DNA of 63,341 bases, counting the filler, from Mitosporidium daphniae (taxonomy: Eukaryota), in NCBI RefSeq assembly GCF_000760515.2. It is 15 parts of 15 records of this genome, joined end to end, with 100 filler letters (N's around TTAATTAATTAA, not from the genome) between each part and the next. Parts side by side here need not be neighbours in the genome. Positions count along the whole stretch, not along the records: positions 31,438 to 35,608 come from NW_013546599.1; positions 35,709 to 39,773 come from NW_013546598.1; positions 39,874 to 43,873 come from NW_013546597.1; positions 43,974 to 47,853 come from NW_013546596.1; 11 more parts are not named here. The stretch is one strand, 5' to 3'. This document shows positions 33,722 through 44,122 of the stretch, piece by piece. How positions within the stretch are numbered: the stretch's first letter is position 1; the number at the start of each line of letters is the position of its first letter. The notes under the pieces were generated by a model, which saw only the letters and a program-made list of their open reading frames with translations, was not told the origin of the DNA and made no database searches. A program made the translations under genes and the position numbers.

Positions 33722-35371
33722 CTATGCGCCAATTGATGGCTTTAAGGCCTTTTTCGATACTCTATCGGGAGAAGATACAATATATTGCGGGATCTTAGCC
33801 CTTTCAAATATCGATTCACCCGTCTGATAAGTCTTTGGCGTTTTACTACCCATTAGGTCTGAAAGGTTAATAGTAGCGAGACCACTATCTGGGAAGCTGA
33901 ATGGCCCATAAACAATAGATGGGAAATCGGGCTGAAAGATCCAAATGGTAATATTTTGACCTGGAGGCTCAACGGGCACCCATGTGATGTTGAGGGTCCC
34001 AACATTTGAAACTCCAACTGTGTCTGAAGCAGACGTTTCGACGATGTTTCCTGCTGCCAAGATAGAAAATTCTTGAGAGGAACCTTTTCCCGTTGTAGAA
34101 GTAACAACAACCTTGTAATGGGAAGTGTTTAATATTCCCAAAGTTGAAAGGTCAATAGTAAGAAATCCATTATTAACTGCAGTGAAGTTATAAGTATAAC
34201 CAGAGATAACATCGATAAGCTTGATACTAGCCTTGCCAGAAAGTACACCAGAAGAACTCCATTGAACAGGGAGACTAGTGGTCGTATTTTTATAAACAAC
34301 GGAAGCATTTGGCTCAGTTACATTTAATACGATCGGAGAGTATACTGAAAATGAAGTTATCCCAACTCCAAGTTTCGAGGTGATCATTGAAGTGTATTCA
34401 CCTGCTTCTATATTTATCTCATCAGGGATAAAGGAGTAAATGCCGATGTTGGGAACAGAAACTTTGAACTCTAGACTAGAGGCTTTGTAAATTGAAAGTT
34501 CGACGGTTTTCTGCAATCTGTCAATCGGTTTCCAAACGATGAATATTTTTTGCACGGCATATACATTGGAAGGAATGGCGGTTACATTTAAAGATGCTTT
34601 GGAGATGTATAAAATACGGGATGAACCAGAACCGATTGACGATACCACTTCAACTTTATAGGCACCTGCGGCAATTGTTCCAAGAGAAATGTTGTAGTAA
34701 CCCTTATCAGAAATGTTCTTTGCAACATGATATGAGGCTTCAGAGTTCATATCCCTCACATAAATGTTGGCAGTCTCGTTACATTCAAATGGTCTCCAGT
34801 ACACAGAGATGTTTTTTCCAATATGAACAGAATAGTTAGACAAAGTAACATCGATATACTGAGAAAGGATCAGGAATGTATTTGAAATTCCTGCACCAAG
34901 GGGGGTTACAATGGTAAGGCTATACTCACCGGACGCAATGGTCGAACCAAACTGTGAAACAGAAATTTCGGCCATACCAGAGTCAGGAATGGTTACGTTC
35001 TTGAACACGGATGAGGGAGAGTAAATACTACTCAGGATTGCGACGACATTGAAGATCGCTCCTGCAGAGGGTGTCCATGTAACTGGGATGGAGCCAGTGT
35101 TTTCGATGCTGATGGAAGTGTCGACATTTACATCAATCCCAGTTTCTGAATAGATGGTAAATTGGGAGCTAACACCCGATGAAATAGAAGAGGTGATATT
35201 TAATATATAGATACCAGGGAGGACATTACCAAAAATTTTATTTCGGTTTTTGATGGAGTTGCCGACATTTAATTTCGCACCCGAGAATGGTTTTGCCAAA
35301 GCGGCATTCAATCCGTCTAGGAAAAAAAAGAGAAATAGAAGCTTAAGAAAAAATGTTGTCTTCCCAAGCAT
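33722..35371 (-). CDS. Secreted protein with tandem ~90-aa beta-sandwich (Kre9/Knh1 N-terminal-like) repeats
   Basis: N-terminal signal peptide. Recurring I.V.W.P ... [DN].G ... G.Y...I.S..G.G.S..F.I pattern. Many N-x-S/T sequons. No introns. Confidence 0.8.
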   Translation of the reverse strand: MLGKTTFFLKLLFLFFFLDGLNAALAKPFSGAKLNVGNSIKNRNKIFGNVLPGIYILNITSSISSGVSSQFTIYSETGIDVNVDTSISIENTGSIPVTWTPSAGAIFNVVAILSSIYSPSSVFKNVTIPDSGMAEISVSQFGSTIASGEYSLTIVTPLGAGISNTFLILSQYIDVTLSNYSVHIGKNISVYWRPFECNETANIYVRDMNSEASYHVAKNISDKGYYNISLGTIAAGAYKVEVVSSIGSGSSRILYISKASLNVTAIPSNVYAVQKIFIVWKPIDRLQKTVELSIYKASSLEFKVSVPNIGIYSFIPDEINIEAGEYTSMITSKLGVGITSFSVYSPIVLNVTEPNASVVYKNTTTSLPVQWSSSGVLSGKASIKLIDVISGYTYNFTAVNNGFLTIDLSTLGILNTSHYKVVVTSTTGKGSSQEFSILAAGNIVETSASDTVGVSNVGTLNITWVPVEPPGQNITIWIFQPDFPSIVYGPFSFPDSGLATINLSDLMGSKTPKTYQTGESIFERAKIPQYIVSSPDRVSKKALKPSIGA

Positions 35372-35397
35372 AGGTAAAGAAAACAGGAATGAGCAAG

Positions 35398-35411
35398 GGT
35401 TTTATACCCTG
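35398..35411 (-). promoter_or_regulatory. Candidate TATA-containing core promoter CAGGGTATAAAACC
   Basis: Lies 26 nt upstream of the ATG at 35371. A near-identical element occurs at 55218-55232. Confidence 0.6.
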
Positions 35412-35708
35412 CGATTGTTGTCTTCCTGTGTTGCCATGGAAATGAGGGAATAAATAAATTGAGTTGAGATTTCCAGTGGGAAATTTTTTTAAAGCAAGAA
35501 ATTTCCTCTCTCTTTACGGCCAATACTATTGGCATGATTTAAAATGAGATTCATATCTGACATGGCTCGCCATAGTGAAAAATAAGATGCTACTATGAAG
35601 GCAACGAANNNNNNNNNNNNNNNNNNNNNNNNNNNNNNNNNNNNNNNNNNNNTTAATTAATTAANNNNNNNNNNNNNNNNNNNNNNNNNNNNNNNNNNNN
35701 NNNNNNNN

Positions 35709-36153
35709 ATGCTCAATAATCTCCAAAAAGATATTACCGCAAACAGGCATCTTGTTCCTATTGAATGCAACAAACGATCAAAAGTCACTTCTCTTGAAGC
35801 ATTCAAAGGCAATATTTTACTCTTCCTCTAACGAACATTTTGGGATTGGTGTTTGCGAGGCAATGTTATCTCATTGTCTTGCAATTTCTATGGGCTCAGG
35901 CGGGCCTTTGGAGATTATTGAGCATATGAAATCGGGATATCTTATTCCAGAGTCTGGCGCCCATGACGATTTTTCACCTCCAATTAGTCTTTTGGAAATC
36001 TTGGCCCGATTATTTGCCTCAGGACCCGAGAAAAATAATTCGCCACATGACATCCAGCGCATCATTCAGAATGGATATGCCAAGATATCCGAATACTTTA
36101 CAATGGACAATTTTACGACCACGATCATCCGTGATGCATGTAATTCCAAATGA
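35709..36153 (+). CDS. ALG2-like GT4 glycosyltransferase paralogue 1, C-terminal fragment
   Basis: NEHFGIGVCEAM and SGGPLEIIEHMKSGYL. Clearly homologous to the downstream copy. Confidence 0.88.
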
Positions 36154-36426
36154 TGGTGAAATGATACCCACAAAGTAAACCCTTAAAATATCCGCTCGCA
36201 TTTGGAATGGTATTGTTTGCCGAATTTTCCCGATTACATTGTATCGATCTTCATTTTCACCGTGCAAACTTGGCTAAACGTGACTTTGAATTTTGTTGAT
36301 TATCCAAATTAAGTAGCGTAGTTAATTTTAACATTTAAAGCAACTGATAGTAATCGCGATTTGAAACGCATATCANCCCAAACCTATTTAAGAATTCAAC
36401 ATTTTTGTTAGTTTTAATCCGGAATT

Positions 36427-37809
36427 ATGTCACATAAAGTGTCAAAAATCACAACGAAGCCTTTGCGGATTGCTATGATTCACCCGATGTTTACAGGAAT
36501 TGCTGGCGCGGATCGTTTAATTATTGAGGCATGTCTTTCTTTGCAATCGAAAGGGAATACTGTCAACATTTTTACTACAGATTATCACTTGAAACAAGAG
36601 TCTTTTTCTGATGAGGGCATGGTAAATATTACTTCAATCAACACCCACATGCCAAACTCGATCTTCGGTTATTGCGTCCATCCTTTTAACTATTTAAAAT
36701 CGATGATTCTGATTGTATGCGCATTGAGTCGGCTTCTTTCTCATGACATGATAATCTGCGATCAACTACCGACCGGAATTCTCATATTGTATTTTTTAAT
36801 GAGCCTACTGTGTGTGAAAAATGAAAATAGGCCAATACTCGCATATTATTGCCATTATCCCGACTTTGCGCATGTTTTCCTCTTAAAAAGAGGATTCATA
36901 TTAAGTGCCGGAAGAAGATTCTTTAGCTTTTTGGAGAAAAAAGCAATGCAATGTTCCGATATTGTTTACGCAAATTCCGGGTTTACCAAAACCGCAATCA
37001 TCACACATTTCCCACAATGCCACCACGTCGAAGTTTTATATCCAGGAATTCCAGAGTTCACTCCCAATTTTGAAATTTCAAATTCGTTTTTCAAGGAAAA
37101 TCCGGTCTGTGCCATCATAGAGAATACTAACTCGATGCTTTCGCTTAATAGATTCCTTCCGTCAAAATACCTGGAGAGAATTATCGCGCTGACAAATGCG
37201 CTAAAACAAAAGAAAACAAAACTTACCACTGTCATCATGGGCGGAGGCTGTGGTATGGACATTGAAAAATTGGAATATTTAAGTACCCTGGTTGCTATAT
37301 GCAAAGCATATTCGCTTTCATTTACGGTTGCTCATGCTAATAAGATAATTTTGTGTTCCAAAGATCAGCCCACGGGTGCTGTGGACGTCCTATTTGTTGT
37401 GAATGGAACGGATGAGCAGAAACGTTTCTTTCTTGCCCATTCTAAAGCCTTATTTTACACCGCTTCTTATGAGCATTTTGGAATGGGAATTGTTGAGGGA
37501 ATGCTTTCCCACTGTTTCCCGATAGCAATGGCATCTGGAGGTCCATTGGAAATTATTGAGCACATGAAGTCCGGGTATTTGGTACCAGAACCGACGAATG
37601 GCGCTTCTTTCTCACCGCCTGCCGATCTTGTCAATTTATTGGCTAAATTGTATGGCAACAATCTAGCTCGCGAGGAATCACCACAGGATCTCAAGAAAAT
37701 CATCGAAAATGGATACAACCGAGCAAAGTCTCTCTACACGATAGAAGCTTTTTCCGATGCCATTATCAAGCATTATTTAGCAAAATCTGCTATTAGCCTC
37801 CCAGAATAA
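36427..37809 (+). CDS. ALG2-like alpha-1,3/1,6-mannosyltransferase paralogue 2 (complete, intronless)
   Basis: IAMIHP...GADRLIIEACLSLQSKG, IICDQ, YYCHYPD, ANSGFT, VLYPG, LSLNRF, EHFGMGIVEGM (EX7E) and SGGPLEII. Confidence 0.9.
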   Translation: MSHKVSKITTKPLRIAMIHPMFTGIAGADRLIIEACLSLQSKGNTVNIFTTDYHLKQESFSDEGMVNITSINTHMPNSIFGYCVHPFNYLKSMILIVCALSRLLSHDMIICDQLPTGILILYFLMSLLCVKNENRPILAYYCHYPDFAHVFLLKRGFILSAGRRFFSFLEKKAMQCSDIVYANSGFTKTAIITHFPQCHHVEVLYPGIPEFTPNFEISNSFFKENPVCAIIENTNSMLSLNRFLPSKYLERIIALTNALKQKKTKLTTVIMGGGCGMDIEKLEYLSTLVAICKAYSLSFTVAHANKIILCSKDQPTGAVDVLFVVNGTDEQKRFFLAHSKALFYTASYEHFGMGIVEGMLSHCFPIAMASGGPLEIIEHMKSGYLVPEPTNGASFSPPADLVNLLAKLYGNNLAREESPQDLKKIIENGYNRAKSLYTIEAFSDAIIKHYLAKSAISLPE

Positions 37810-38076
37810 ATTTTACATTAATATGACCTCGAAATTGGGGACAAGTCGCAAATTTTCCCTAAATGGTGCCAAGCCAATGAACTCTTATATTTGGGGTCCT
37901 TTTTCGGCAACTATTGGTCAAGAGTTAAAAAATAATAGCACAAAATCGCTTGCAGATGCGAAGGAAGTACTCCGCTAAAAAAGTTCCTTTACATTGTAAA
38001 GCTACGATTTTGAATCGATTTCTTGAAAAGGAATTAAATTGCAAAAATGGTATTAAATTTTTGGCTATTTTAATTT

Positions 38077-39123
38077 ATGAAGCGGAAGGGTTCCTCATCC
38101 TCGTCTTTGTTGTCGCCATCGTCAAAGAAGAACAAAGATATTGGTAGCTTTTTCAAGCAGGATCCCGCAGCCAATAAATTTATAATGCCGAAATTCGATA
38201 AAACCATGACCAGAAAAGCCGCAAGAGCGACAAATAAATGGGTTGGAGCCCATCTTGGGATCTCTGGTGGGATTCACAAGTCCATCACTTCTAGCTGCTG
38301 TATCGAAGCCAATGCAGTTGCTTTGTTTGTACGGTCTCAGAGAAGATGGACATCTCCTGCACTTGCCCCAGAAGCCATTTCGGAATTTGGAAAAGTTCTT
38401 AATGAAACCTCCTTTATGATTCCGGATGAGGACAAGCCTCAAATTTTGCCACACGGATCCTATTTGATTAATCTGGGAAATCCAGACCCAAAAAAACGCA
38501 AGGCAAGCTATTTGGGCTTTCTTGATGAACTGAAGCGATGTGAAGCGCTTAACATTAAATTGTACAATTTTCATCCAGGCTCGACTTGCGGAGAATGCTC
38601 AAAAAGCGAGTCGATTGAATTTATTGCCGAGTCGATCAACATGGCACATAAAGAAACCTCCTTTGTAAAGATCTTGCTTGAAAACATGGCAGGCCAGGGG
38701 AATGTAATTGGATCTGCATTTGAAGAGTTAGCTGCTATCATTGAAAGGGTTGTCCAGAAAGATCGGATCGGTGTTTGCCTGGATACATGCCATGCCTTCT
38801 CGGCTGGATATGACATTAGGACGCCTGAGGGTTGGGAAATCGTTTTGGAGAAATTTGATAGGCTGATTGGAATTAACCCTTTCCTTTCAGCGCTCCATCT
38901 TAATGACTCCAAAGGCCCACTTGGCTGCAAAAAGGACCGCCACGAGAATATTGGAATGGGACACATTGGGATTGAATGCTTCAAGTTTATTATGAGGGAT
39001 CCTCGGTTTGACAAGATCCCGTTGATTCTGGAGACGCCACTCAAGGATGAAGACAATGGCACGTATAAAACGTACGCGGATGAAATCCAGCTTCTATACT
39101 CATTTACGGACAGTAATACATGA
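38077..39123 (+). CDS. APN1: AP endonuclease IV family
   Basis: VGAHLGISGG, LPHGSYLINL, YNFHPG, LLENMAGQG, VCLDTCH, LHLNDSK, DRHENIG and LILETP (zinc ligands intact). Confidence 0.97.
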   Translation: MKRKGSSSSSLLSPSSKKNKDIGSFFKQDPAANKFIMPKFDKTMTRKAARATNKWVGAHLGISGGIHKSITSSCCIEANAVALFVRSQRRWTSPALAPEAISEFGKVLNETSFMIPDEDKPQILPHGSYLINLGNPDPKKRKASYLGFLDELKRCEALNIKLYNFHPGSTCGECSKSESIEFIAESINMAHKETSFVKILLENMAGQGNVIGSAFEELAAIIERVVQKDRIGVCLDTCHAFSAGYDIRTPEGWEIVLEKFDRLIGINPFLSALHLNDSKGPLGCKKDRHENIGMGHIGIECFKFIMRDPRFDKIPLILETPLKDEDNGTYKTYADEIQLLYSFTDSNT

Positions 39124-39499
39124 GAAAATCATTCGCATGTATGTATGCAAACCCCTTGATACGAGTATCGAAATTTACAATGAAACCAGTAAAATGATTT
39201 GCAAGTTAAGCCGGAAGCACCTTTCGTTATTTGGGCTTAAACTTGATCGATGGGGTAAAATTGATTGCCCGCCAAACACCGATCAGTTTAAAGTTTGAAA
39301 TGTTGGCACCACTACACCCCTTCAGTGCACCATTGTACTCTGAGGGCTTATTCGATTTTGGTGCATTAAATCGAAGTTCGCCTTGTGCAATAAGGATATT
39401 GGGTGTATTTTTGATAGGTTTCGTACTAAATATGTTGTTTGTTTTGAAGTGGTGCCATGGTAACCATCCATCGTTATATGCGGTGTGGCAAAAATTTGG

Positions 39500-39599
39500 C
39501 ATAAACAATGGAATGCCATAATAAACATCGACATAAACAATAGAATCCTATAATAAACACCGGAATAAATAATAGAATGCTATAATAAACACCGACATA
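39500..39599. repeat. 32-nt imperfect tandem repeat, about 3 copies
   Basis: Units start at 39500, 39532 and 39564. Consensus is approximately CATAAACAATAGAATGCTATAATAAACACCGA. Confidence 0.85.
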
Positions 39600-39604
39600 T
39601 ATTG

Positions 39605-39773
39605 ATGGCACTCTGGATGTACTCCTCATATTTCGTTTATAAGAGCTTGATATTTCTCTGTTTTTCGTGCGTATGCTTTACACACGATGCTTACCAAGAA
39701 GATAAGGAAGCGCTCAATACCATCGACATTAGCCGATACAAGATTGCTTATATTAACGCCACCGATACAAAAG
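39605..39773 (+). CDS. Possible 5' end of a secreted protein (cut by the contig end)
   Basis: Open frame with a hydrophobic N-terminus (LIFLCFSCVCFT) running to the gap. Confidence 0.35.
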
Positions 39774-39873
39774 NNNNNNNNNNNNNNNNNNNNNNNNNNN
39801 NNNNNNNNNNNNNNNNNTTAATTAATTAANNNNNNNNNNNNNNNNNNNNNNNNNNNNNNNNNNNNNNNNNNNN

Positions 39874-41178
39874 TCTTGATGAAGGCTGATTGGATATGAT
39901 GTAAATATCTGGAAAGTCATCGACATCTCCCTCGATAACGAATGGATCTTTGTGGCAAAAAGGGTAACAAACTAAAGTTAGGATGGAATAACTCAACATA
40001 ATGTATCTGGTGCTGTTGGTGCAATGTGTCTGGAGACCAAAGTAATTTGCGCAAGGATAAGCCTGAGTTGCCCTTCATCAAGATTTTCAGAATGAGAAGC
40101 TCGCTTGGCATAATATCTGGCCATGTCATCGATATTTTGGCCGGACACGACCAAAACCTTTTTCCCGTCCAATGTCAAATAGGAAGGATTTGTTGTCAAT
40201 TCAAATTGAGATTTTAAAAGGGAAGAACTCTTCTCAAATAGCCCTCTAACTATAGGCCTTTGAGGCAGGGAAATTGAGGTGGGATCATTAGAGCCAGGAA
40301 TAAGAATGACAGACTTATTTGTATCAACGAGATATTCGTAAATAAAATTGTCAAGATCAGAAATAAAACATGCTGTATCCGCATCAGCTTGAGAATCTAA
40401 GGCACAAATATTTCCAGCAATTATAACTCTATTCGGGGTGTTCATTTCTTCCATCTGTAGAAAGGAAAACATTTTTTGCAGGCTTAGGAAATTTTCCGAT
40501 TCAAAGGAGGAAAATAGCGAACATGCAATGACAATATCGTTGGAGGAAATTTTTTTCTTAATGTTAGGTAGTGCAAAAACCGGAGTGAGGTTATCGAAAG
40601 ATGAGGCGAAATATATGGAGTCCACCACAAAGAGTGGTTTTTTCTCAATTTTGGCTTGTCGGCCGGTGAGACCTAGAACCATACCAGAGGTAACAAAACT
40701 TCGAAGCTTTACATTTTCAGAAAAGGTAATTTGTATTCTTCCAGATTCATCTTCTGCAAAAATGTTTCTAGCAAAGGCGTTATCATCGCCATACGCTGGG
40801 ATGTCATTTCCGAAATATTGAGGAAAAGAAGAATTGATGTTCAGCTATAAATTAATGATGGAAAAATTTCAAACTTGTGTTGAAAGCTCAGAAAGAACAT
40901 TCGGCTTTTTGGGAAGATCTATATAAATTGTTCCAACAACAAAAGATGGAACATCCAATTTTAGATCCAAAAGTCTGCATTGCGTGTGTGTTGGTGAAGT
41001 CGAAGCTAACAAGAATAAAACAAGAATAAATACTCGTTGAAGACAGAAATGATTCAAGAATAGATTGGCGTAGTTGGTTTAGTCTGACAAAATAAATTTG
41101 CGAATATTGCTGCTCAAAAATACGACACGAATGGGTCTCGTCAAAGAGAGGAAATTGAATCGAAACTCCTGAATTCAT
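39874..41178 (-). CDS. POL31: DNA polymerase delta small subunit (3'-truncated), multi-intron
   Basis: QYSQIYFVRL, VVGTIY...KPNVL, EDESGRI, VIIAGN, IPGSNDPTSISLPQRP, TNP, SGQNIDD and RHIAPTAPDTL. Confidence 0.95.
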
Positions 41179-41250
41179 AATAAATCAAGTCCAGCATACG
41201 TTATTTGTAGTATTTTTATTATTTATATATTTATATTCAGATGCAAATGT

Positions 41251-41324
41251 GTTTCGATGGTGTAGTTGGTTATCACTTCTGTTTAACACACAGGCGGTCC
41301 TCGGTTCGATTCCGGGTCGAAACA
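41251..41324 (+). tRNA. tRNA-Val(AAC)
   Basis: Acceptor stem GTTTCGA/TCGAAAC, D arm with TAGTTGG, anticodon arm TCTGT-TTAACAC-ACAGG, T loop GGTTCGATTCC, and a TTTT Pol III terminator immediately after. Confidence 0.97.
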
Positions 41325-41356
41325 TTTTATGTCTTCTAAAGTGTTGCAAAATTTTT

Positions 41357-43443
41357 ATGTCTATAAAAGCCAGCTCAATAATTGCTCTTGAGCGAGAGCA
41401 GGAGCGGGATCGAATTAAGGAAATATTCCTTTCCCGTGGACCATGTGAGACTGTTAAATCACTGCAATCCGAATCTACCCTTGAATATCCAGATATGGGT
41501 TTTTCTAGCATTTGTTTTTATCCGTAGCAAAATACAAACAAATTTACAGAGTTTTTAGCCCGCTTGTCCAATCTGGTAATGGAATAACTCACAATTTTCA
41601 CGCTTTGATCTTCAAATCCCAAATTTTCCTTTTAAAGGAAAAGTGGGATAGCTTGACAGGTGAAAAAAAAACCCGGGCTCTGGAACGAGCTCTCTCGTTT
41701 ATCTCTCTTTACCATGAGTTGGGTCAATCAGGCGCTCAAAACAAGGAATTAATCACGGAATTCGTAAAGGAGATCCTTCTTGATTTAGTATCGATTTTTT
41801 CCTTTAAAGATGGAGCTGATCCATTTGAATATTTGATTCTTGATTTTTTTTGTAATAACCGAAGAATTTACAAAGTATTCTTGATTTATATGCTCCCTTT
41901 AGCTTTTACCGACAGATATCCAAGTATTGGTTTGGAAAGTTGATTATCAAAATATTCAGCTGAACAGCTTAAGGCCAAGAATACTTTCTGCCGATATAAG
42001 AGGAGCTATAGACACCCTTTTCCAGCAAAATATTGCCTTTCCAGAGTCACTTCAATATAACGCTTCCGATGTAAATTCCCCAGAATTGACCTCATTGAGG
42101 TAGTTGATTTCTGTTTATATGGTAATTTTAGACATTCACTTGCAGATCACGAGTCCATCAAATACTTGTCTTCGCTTTTTGAGCGAGTTGATACCACTTT
42201 GGCTAGACAGGGAATCTTAAATGAGGTTGTTGATGTCATCAGAGCACAATGCTTTTCAGATGTAAAGAAGGAAGCTAGTGCCAGCTGTATTTTGCTAACA
42301 ATTCTGTTAAAGAATGTAGACATTTTTTATCCGTCAAATAGAGAGGTATGATGCGCAATTAATCCAAGATATCACATTCTAGGTCGGATCTTTTATCTTC
42401 CATCGTCAAACTTATCTTTTCACCGCATTCATCTGTAGACGAGCTCTGGGTGAAGGCAAATAATCTCAAAATCATTGCAAAGTCGATCTCTAAAGCCGAC
42501 GAATACATTTTGTCGTAGGTTTGTGGCTCATTAACGATTAGCGATATTGGGATACTACTCAATAATTCCTTATCTAAGCACGCAATTTTTTCCTTTTGCC
42601 ACGACATGATTGTTTATAATGACGGTAAAAATGGCGACAAGGTAAAGCCTTTTTTTAATTCAGAAATTTTATGATATTGTCGCCACGTTGAGATATTTCT
42701 ATTTCCTTTCTAAAAAATTTGACAAGCTCTTTCGTTTGGAATGTGATTTGCCAACAATACAAACAAAATCTGCCACCGTTGCAATTCGGTTTTATGATCT
42801 TTTGTCGCGCTGGATCTTTTCTGGAGAAAATTATATCGTCCCCAATGTCCGATCGATTCTTGACCAGTGCCATTGTGACGAATATTTCCAATTTGAACTG
42901 CAGGTATGTTTTTTGGGTTTAGTCCCAGCTTTTAATGAGCTTTATCATTCGAATGGCCTACTTGGGGCCTGTAGATGATACCTGCCAAATTCAATTGTTT
43001 GCATGCACGCTTTCGCTATTTGTTGGCTGCCCTCCAGCAATTGTTTTTGCAGAAGATTTCTTTTTTTGGAAGGCGTTATTGGAGCCAGCCACCATCACAC
43101 CCGAGGTATTGTCTGGTTATCTTGTTATGCTATATAGATTTTTTTGCTTCCATTTCATGGTGTCCTTGTTAGCTTCATCGTAAATACACTGAGACAATTA
43201 TCTGATTTGGAACTGTCTGTCCCCCTTTCGGTGATTGTTGAGTTTTTGAAATACTTGATGGTGTTTCTGCCGACCCTTAAAAATATACAAGAACGAAAAA
43301 TCATCCTAGATCAGGTAACCAATTCGCTTAATTCGTTGATCAACGACATTAACGAAGACACAACAAACGATCCTAGCCTTCAAGAGCTGACATCGCTGTT
43401 TAAGGCACTCATCTTGCTTCTCCAAAAGTATGAAATAAATTGA
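41357..43443 (+). CDS. Multi-intron helical protein, probable NELF-B/COBRA1 homologue
   Basis: Exons are joined by 22-32 nt introns (41499-41527, 41875-41902, 42642-42663 and others). Collinear resemblance to NELF-B: P.ETVKSLQSE, FHALIF...LKEK...LE, RIYKLLPTDIQVLVW, ILNEVVDVIR...CILL and ISDIGILL. Confidence 0.55.
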
Positions 43444-43495
43444 ATAAAAATGTATCCAAATGACCAGCTTGAACGTGACATATACAAAGTAAGAC

Positions 43496-43573
43496 ACATG
43501 TTGAGCACATGCAGACCACATGCAGAGAACACGTTGAGCACATGCAGACCACATGCAGAGAACATGTTGAGCA
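43496..43573. repeat. 33-nt tandem repeat, about 2.4 copies, between convergent genes
   Basis: ACAYGTTGAGCACATGCAGACCACATGCAGAGA units, each containing CACATGCAGA twice. Confidence 0.9.
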
Positions 43574-43630
43574 AAATTGTCCCTGTCCGTTAAGCCCCGA
43601 TACGATTAAATATTACAACATTTAATAGAG

Positions 43631-43873
43631 TTAATCAGAGAGAGCCATGATGGCATTGACGATATCACCTTGATTCTCGCGGAGGGCCAGTACTGCACGG
43701 TGACGAGAAACACTGCACTGCGACATGACCATCTCAATATCCTTGGACTCCAAGCCAGATTCGTCCACAGGGGCTGACTCATCAACCTCCTGCACTCCTT
43801 CAATTTGCTTTAAAGCCGATGCAGATTGGACGGGAAAATCTTTCATCATTGCCTCCTGCTGTTCTTGGTAACG
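43631..43873 (-). CDS. EGD2: Nascent polypeptide-associated complex alpha subunit, C-terminal UBA domain (5'-truncated)
   Basis: [44 protein letters not shown]. Confidence 0.93.
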   Translation of the reverse strand, partial: RYQEQQEAMMKDFPVQSASALKQIEGVQEVDESAPVDESGLESKDIEMVMSQCSVSRHRAVLALRENQGDIVNAIMALSD

Positions 43874-44122
43874 NNNNNNNNNNNNNNNNNNNNNNNNNNN
43901 NNNNNNNNNNNNNNNNNTTAATTAATTAANNNNNNNNNNNNNNNNNNNNNNNNNNNNNNNNNNNNNNNNNNNNTCCATTAAATTCTAAATTTTAATTGTT
44001 TGGTGAATGTGTGATTTGGGACATTCTTCCAGCACTGGTTTTAAATGTGGCATGCAAACGTTGTAAATGGTGTACTGTGTAATTTTAAAATCTTCTAAGG
44101 GTTGGAGCTGCTCCCCCCCTAA

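Noticed and set aside
16029..37809. Glycosylation gene cluster (SLC35A, PMT, ALG2-like pair, secreted glycoprotein)
   Set aside because: These genes lie on different contigs ordered only by length, so their proximity is artificial.
41185..41511. 108-aa minus-strand ORF across the tRNA
   Set aside because: It is an antisense shadow of tRNA-Val and exon 1 of the downstream gene, with no protein-like features.
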